A DNA stretch of 60,576 nt. Origin: an uncultured virus (IMG/VR IMGVR_UViG_3300042937_001207) (Duplodnaviria; Heunggongvirae; Uroviricota; Caudoviricetes). Made by a program: the position numbers and the translations under genes. Below are positions 55,951 through 60,576 of this stretch, in pieces. The notes beneath the pieces are model-generated. The model worked only from the letters and a program-made list of their open reading frames with translations. It searched no databases and had not been told where the DNA came from. The stretch lies in the IMG/VR virus record IMGVR_UViG_3300042937_001207; one strand, written 5' to 3'. How positions within the stretch are numbered: position 1 is the stretch's first letter; each line of letters begins with the position of its first letter.

Positions 55951-56126
55951 TGCAGAAGTATTCAATCAATATTGAGTTCTCTACTGACAGGCCAATGACG
56001 GACGACGAAATTGCTGCCATGGAGACTGCTGTTTATGTTCAGGTATCTGAGCCAAGTGGATTAGACGGCGACAAACGTGCCGGCTTCAACACACGAACAG
56101 TTGAAATCACGGTAAACGAGCTTTAA
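55950..56126 (+). CDS. Small hypothetical protein
   Basis: TAATG overlap. Confidence 0.55.
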   Translation: MQKYSINIEFSTDRPMTDDEIAAMETAVYVQVSEPSGLDGDKRAGFNTRTVEITVNEL

Positions 56127-56175
56127 AGGTTTCTGGCCACTAGGTCAGGATTAACAAATAAAACAAGGAGAAAAA

Positions 56176-56388
56176 ATGCAATCACGCATCAAAAAAGTTG
56201 CATCACGCATCAAGTCAAATCGCATGGAGGCTGGGTTGACACAACAGCAGCTTGCCGATTTCGCTGGCGTGGACCGCAAAACAATTAACCGCATCGAGAA
56301 TGGACACTTCTCCCCAAACATCGAGACGCTTCTTCGTATCTCAGTTGCTTTCGGAGTCAAGCCAGAAAGCCTTCTCGCTGGCGTTTAA
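56176..56388 (+). CDS. XRE-family HTH transcriptional regulator
   Basis: R...GLTQQQLADFAGVDRKTINRIENG..SPNIETL.RI; AAGGAG RBS. Confidence 0.92.
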   Translation: MQSRIKKVASRIKSNRMEAGLTQQQLADFAGVDRKTINRIENGHFSPNIETLLRISVAFGVKPESLLAGV

Positions 56389-56489
56389 TGCAGGCGCTAG
56401 TAGTTCTGCTCATTCTGTGGGTGCTCTTCTTATGAGGAGCACCCACTTTTTGGTTGTGTTACCACTTACAAGTCGTTAGGATTTAAATT

Positions 56490-56717
56490 ATGAAAGAATC
56501 AGTTACTAAACCAACAAAACTCTCAAAAGAGTTCTTAATTGCATTCAATGAGTACATTCTTGCTGGCTACAAGCTCCTGGATGCTTGGCAGTCGCTCGAC
56601 GAGAATCAGCTCGAGATGGTTAACAGCGATGTTTTCCCATTCAACATGTCTTTTGATGAGTACTTAGCCACAATGGCAAGCAACAAGTTTCGTTTAGAAA
56701 AGGAAAGCAGCTTCTAA
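56490..56717 (+). CDS. Hypothetical protein
   Basis: 75 aa; FPFNMSFDE. Confidence 0.6.
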   Translation: MKESVTKPTKLSKEFLIAFNEYILAGYKLLDAWQSLDENQLEMVNSDVFPFNMSFDEYLATMASNKFRLEKESSF

Positions 56718-56935
56718 TGGAAAAACAAGTTATACGCACCTACTCACGTTCTGAACAAGTAGAGATGAACTCTGCTGTAGGAAAAGTTGGTGAAGTTTCC
56801 ATCGAGGAGCTTCTCGTTGGAGTAAAAATCGTAAATGAGCGCTTTCGCTACGGCCATTACGATGTTCTCGTATCTCCGCTCATCGGCAAAGGTGAGAAGT
56901 GGGTTGAATTCCACAAAGTTAGGGTAAAAAGCTAA
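56717..56935 (+). CDS. Hypothetical protein
   Basis: TAATG overlap; RYG..D.LV.PL.G.GEKWV. Confidence 0.65.
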   Translation: MEKQVIRTYSRSEQVEMNSAVGKVGEVSIEELLVGVKIVNERFRYGHYDVLVSPLIGKGEKWVEFHKVRVKS

Positions 56936-57576
56936 AAAGGTATCGTTTTGAGTACTTTTTAGTCTTCCCGGGGTACTTCTCAGCAAAAATTACGCTTTTT
57001 AAATACTTTTACATGTTCTGGCCGTACTTTGTAGCCCCGCTTACGCGTTTTACCGTACTATTGATGTGTTCTGACGGTACCGGATGAGGAGTTTGAAATG
57101 AGTTTTTTAGATGCTTGGCGGCTTCTTGGTGTATTTATTATCTTCGCACTGCTTCTGGTCTCTTTTTTTGGTGGTTAGACGCCGGGCCGGCTTTCTCGAC
57201 CAATACCTACCGAAAAGAGCTTCCGAATGGGAGAAAACCGTACCCGACTTGCCAGGAGGGGGCCCCTGGCCGGCTTAAATACTACATCAAAAAGATTTCA
57301 GTCCCGTGCTTGACCGGATTCTGATTACGCGCTACGGTTCACCGCAAAAAGTAGTACATCGTGATTTACTTCTACGGATGTTAAAACGTTTCCTTCGACA
57401 AAGGTTTACTTCTCTCGCGTGATACTGATTCGGTAGTCAAATCAATGTTCAATAAACTTGGCACGGTGGTTGATGACCTCGTTACTCCTGTAGATAGACC
57501 AGTAAAAACGTTTGTACTACAAAGGGTTTGTGAACAAGCAGTTGCTTTTTTGCAAATGTCGCGCCAGGATGTTTTC

Positions 57577-57963
57577 ATGAATGAAAATTTGTTTGGTTTT
57601 GATGAGCCGGCAGCGCCCCGGGAAACAAAATCAAAGAAATCAAAACGTGCGAAGTCAAAGCTTGTAAGCCCCGCTGAGATTCAACAGGTTTTCGATGAAT
57701 GGCTACGGTGGTGTAAGACAAGCAGCCGGGGTGTTCGGCCGAAGCTTTCAGAAGAACGAAGCATAATTATCGGCTCTGCGATTTATGATTACGGATTAAC
57801 TGATTGTTTGCTTGCGGTTCAAGGCTGCAGCTTGTCTTCTTGGCACATGGGAGAAAATCCAACAGGAACCAGGTACGACGATATTGAATTAATCCTTCGT
57901 GATGCAAAGCACGTCGAGCGATTTGCCGGCCTGGCAGCTGCAGAAGAAGCTAAAAACGATTGA
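57577..57963 (+). CDS. Phage replication-initiator C-terminal-like protein
   Basis: VFDEW..KLSEER..I..AI..YG...C..AV.GC..S.WHMGEN..G..YDDIELILRDA.HVERF; start uncertain (ORF open from 57445). Confidence 0.6.
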   Translation: MNENLFGFDEPAAPRETKSKKSKRAKSKLVSPAEIQQVFDEWLRWCKTSSRGVRPKLSEERSIIIGSAIYDYGLTDCLLAVQGCSLSSWHMGENPTGTRYDDIELILRDAKHVERFAGLAAAEEAKND

Positions 57964-58110
57964 CAAAGCTTTTAAGCCCCGCTACAATTACCGGATGGCC
58001 AAAGATGACGTGCAGATTCAAGTCGGGACTGCACAGTCTGCTGGTATTCAGTTGTCGGGACTGCATACCAGCTGGCCGAGGTCTTTTTTGATGACGGCGG
58101 CGTATGAGCT
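57960..58110 (+). promoter_or_regulatory. Promoter with AGCCCCGC in its spacer, followed by a tripartite element
   Basis: TTGACA-N17(containing AGCCCCGC)-TACAAT; CGGGACTGCA at 58024 and 58056; TGATGACGGCGGCGTATGA at about 58089. Confidence 0.7.
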
Positions 58111-58205
58111 CGACGCGAGAGGTTGCAACGAATGAGGATTTCTAGTGTTGTGCTTATTCTTGCCTACACATATGCCCTGTATGCGCTGACGCGGAAGAAG
58201 AGCCG

Positions 58206-58682
58206 ATGACTCGTAACGATGTGGCGGCAATACTCCTCCATGTTTTCAACGCGTGGAACAACCAAGTCCCCCAAGTAGAGAAGCGCTACAAAGAACTCCT
58301 CAGCACCTGGGAACAAATCTTGGGTGATTTGACGGTGGAGGAAGTGAACGGAGCTGTACGGACTCTTATAGCTCTTGACAGGGCCAATATGCCCAGACCA
58401 GGGACAATACGCCGGGAAGCTCTCTCAAAGCGTCTGGACGCTCCTCCGGCAGCTTGGGAAGCTTGGGTCAAGCTGCGAGAACTGGGAGAAGGCGTAAACA
58501 GCGGAACCCAGTCTTTAGCGTCGGTGGGGGAAGTCCACGAGGTCCTTCGGAAAACAATCATCCGCCTGGGAGGGAGTCAAGCGTTTACACTCGCTACCAA
58601 CGGAGACCGACAATTCTTCATCGAAGCTTTTTCCCAGGAAGCTTCTCGGTGGGAGGAAGAGAACTACAGCACTCATGGCTAA
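58206..58682 (+). CDS. Helicase loader/inhibitor-like protein (G39P-like)
   Basis: MTRNDVAAIL...W..ILGDL..EEV..AV..LI.....P.PG.IR, A.EAW; follows the initiator-like gene. Confidence 0.6.
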   Translation: MTRNDVAAILLHVFNAWNNQVPQVEKRYKELLSTWEQILGDLTVEEVNGAVRTLIALDRANMPRPGTIRREALSKRLDAPPAAWEAWVKLRELGEGVNSGTQSLASVGEVHEVLRKTIIRLGGSQAFTLATNGDRQFFIEAFSQEASRWEEENYSTHG

Positions 58683-58857
58683 GAACGGAAGACCACCAAA
58701 AGCTACTGCCGGCAAGTGGGCCGCAGTTACAATGCGCGTGCCGGCCGAATTCAAGAACCACATCATCGAAGTCTCTGATGGCTACGACATGACCATCACC
58801 GAATACATCAAAAGTCTGATTGAGCGCGATGCCCCATTTACCAGTAAGAGCAGGTGA
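58675..58857 (+). CDS. Ribbon-helix-helix protein
   Basis: GRPP..VTMRVPAEFK.......MTITEYIKSLIERD. Confidence 0.7.
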   Translation: MAKNGRPPKATAGKWAAVTMRVPAEFKNHIIEVSDGYDMTITEYIKSLIERDAPFTSKSR

Positions 58858-59173
58858 CGACGACGGGGAGTACAACCTCGTCATCAGAATGTCCGGGAAG
58901 CTCAAGAACCAGATAATTGATATCTGCGAAGCAAACCACACATCTATTAACAACTGGGCCCTAGGGGTCATCTACGGTGCCGTAAGAGCCGGCAGAGGAC
59001 TACCGATAGCACCGGAACCAGTAGCTCCACCGCCTGGAACGATTGAGCAGATACGCGCGTACCTCGACGGCGAGCGGCTCATCATGCCTTGTGGTAAGTC
59101 CCGCTGCGATATTCAGCTGGAGCTCGTCGGTGGATTAGAATTCTGCAGCACGTGTGGTGTTCGCACCAGATGA
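58829..59173 (+). CDS. Ribbon-helix-helix protein with C-terminal Cys motif
   Basis: NLVIRMSGKLK........SINNW; PCG..C...FCSTCG. Confidence 0.6.
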   Translation: MPHLPVRAGDDDGEYNLVIRMSGKLKNQIIDICEANHTSINNWALGVIYGAVRAGRGLPIAPEPVAPPPGTIEQIRAYLDGERLIMPCGKSRCDIQLELVGGLEFCSTCGVRTR

Positions 59174-59247
59174 GCGTCGATAGCTCAATCGGATAGAGCA
59201 ACAGACTTCTAATCTGTAGGTTGTAGGTTCGATTCCTACTCGACGCG
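59174..59247 (+). tRNA. tRNA-Arg(TCT)
   Basis: GCGTCGA..AGCTCAATCGGATAGAGC ACAGA-CTTCTAA-TCTGT..GTAGG-TTCGATT-CCTAC TCGACGC G. Confidence 0.95.
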
Positions 59248-59262
59248 CTGTAATTGTAAGTC

Positions 59263-59291
59263 TTGACAGTAATACTTACTATTGCTATGCT
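59263..59291 (+). promoter_or_regulatory. Promoter upstream of tRNA-Asn
   Basis: TTGACA-N17-TATGCT. Confidence 0.7.
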
Positions 59292-59352
59292 TCCCTATGA
59301 GGGGGCTGTGTGTATAACGCGCCTTAAACGACACTGTGGTGTGCCCTCGCTT

Positions 59353-59428
59353 TGGCGAGTAGCTCAGCTGGCAGAGCAGCGGACTGTTAATCCGCTTGTC
59401 GTAGGTTCGAGCCCTACCTCGCCAGCCA
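59353..59428 (+). tRNA. tRNA-Asn(GTT) with encoded CCA
   Basis: TGGCGAG..GCGGA-CTGTTAA-TCCGC..GTAGG-TTCGAGC-CCTAC CTCGCCA G CCA. Confidence 0.95.
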
Positions 59429-59446
59429 GTGATGTAAAATAAAAGA

Positions 59447-59839
59447 ATGTCCGAGCAAAACAATCAAAATGAAACCTGGGGAACATACAAGGGCGAGATT
59501 AAGGGTTTTCGTTTTGAAAACTCAGAAACAAAACGTCTTGGTCCACCTATCGGCGGAAGTGGTGTCCAATCCGAAATTGACAGAGACTCTGACGGGAATA
59601 TAGGGGATGGAACCCCTGATGAAAGACCAGCCCCAAAGAAGGGCCCATCGAAGAACCCGCCCAAAGTTAGACGCATAGACGGGAAGTGGCAACCACAAAA
59701 ACCATCACCATATAAGCCTGGATACATTCTTGAAGACCGCAAAGGGAACCTCAATCGATACAACGGTAATCCACCAAAGAATAAAAAATACTTTAGAGAA
59801 AAACTTGATGGCAGCCTTCAGGAATTTGGTACAGCCTAG
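59447..59839 (+). CDS. Hypothetical Pro/Lys-rich protein
   Basis: Leaderless TAAAAT-N6-ATG; DRDSDGNIGDGTPDERP. Confidence 0.6.
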   Translation: MSEQNNQNETWGTYKGEIKGFRFENSETKRLGPPIGGSGVQSEIDRDSDGNIGDGTPDERPAPKKGPSKNPPKVRRIDGKWQPQKPSPYKPGYILEDRKGNLNRYNGNPPKNKKYFREKLDGSLQEFGTA

Positions 59840-60070
59840 AACGGGCTCTCAGTCTTCTTCTTCTTCTTTCTCACCGCATACAGGGTAGACCGGTATAAAC
59901 GGGCACCTGCATGGCAATCCTGGAAGCAGCATACTTTTCCTCACGTAGATTTATTACGACTTGTACTTATTGTCGCATAGATTTAGTCGCACACAAAATG
60001 CAAATACAAAACTAGGGGTAAGCAACAAAAATCTGACACGGCGGCTTACTTTTCGTCCCCAATTTGTCTT

Positions 60071-60325
60071 TTACTTGCTCGGCAACCCATCTGGTCGTAC
60101 GAACTGCAATCGCCAGTTCTTCTGTTCAAACTCGAGCGTCTTCTCATACGCATTCTTAAGTCGCTCAAAAGCTTCCTTCGTCTCTGCATACTCCGATGTT
60201 CCGTTCCTCTGGCTCATCTTAAGTTCAGCCATCTTGGCTGTAAGCAACCTGCACAGCATCTTGTACTGGTACTCATTCATTACAACCGGCACTACATGAT
60301 TCTTCTTGCTCATTAGTCGTTCCAC
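60071..60325 (-). CDS. Hypothetical protein
   Basis: About 80 aa, coupled to the whiB stop. Confidence 0.55.
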   Translation of the reverse strand: MERLMSKKNHVVPVVMNEYQYKMLCRLLTAKMAELKMSQRNGTSEYAETKEAFERLKNAYEKTLEFEQKNWRLQFVRPDGLPSK

Positions 60326-60573
60326 ATCTGGCTAAGCGTTGGCTTAGTAGGTGCGATTCCTCTCCTTCTTTGTTCGGCCGCTAATTGTCTTGATGTCATC
60401 CCTGCCCATACCCCGTGCATGTCAGCAGGTGGAAACTCTAGTGCATACTCCAGGCACTGTGGTCGAACAGTGCAGTACGCACACATCTCCCTAGCCCCCT
60501 GAATGTAACTAATGTCCTTGTGTCCTTTAGGAAACATCTCGTTAGTACGACCCTTGCATCTTGCTAGGTCCAT
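60313..60573 (-). CDS. whiB: WhiB-family transcription factor (may start beyond the window)
   Basis: ARC..MFP..AREMCAYCTVRPQCLEYAL..GVWAGMTSRQ. Confidence 0.9.
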   Translation of the reverse strand: MDLARCKGRTNEMFPKGHKDISYIQGAREMCAYCTVRPQCLEYALEFPPADMHGVWAGMTSRQLAAEQRRRGIAPTKPTLSQMWND

Positions 60574-60576
60574 CCA

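Noticed and set aside
59236..59463. Minus-strand 75 aa ORF (and likewise 25086..25427)
   Set aside because: Both overlap tRNA genes on the opposite strand.

Overview
This window is part of a large tailed dsDNA phage genome. The host is probably an actinobacterium, judging from four WhiB genes and many leaderless TANNNT-N6/7-start promoters. From left to right it contains: the 3' part of a giant ORF (>4,700 aa, open from base 1) whose modules (several HTHs, Clp-N, Nudix, zeta-toxin-like kinase) are separated by a recurring (G/S)P(V/A)G(K/R/A)M linker; an HK97-fold major capsid gene; an inverted sugar-modification cluster; a lytic transglycosylase; a class II ribonucleotide reductase; a low-complexity segment with strong promoters near 28.7-29.7 kb; a replication/modification block (primase-helicase, DUF932, thioredoxin, SNF2 helicase, C5 methyltransferase with a CTG start and a nested alternate-frame ORF, SSB); small early-type genes; an initiator-like plus helicase-loader-like pair; and three tRNAs plus a D-armless tRNA-like element. 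The most striking unexplained feature is a 4.6 kb non-coding array at 46134-50743. It holds 24 same-strand CGGG(A/G)CT motifs, and the units examined each fold into a long imperfect hairpin, with compensatory changes between paralogous units and several GNA triloops suggestive of ssDNA folding. The same motif reappears in tripartite intergenic elements further right. All protein calls come from motif recognition by eye; no database searches were run.
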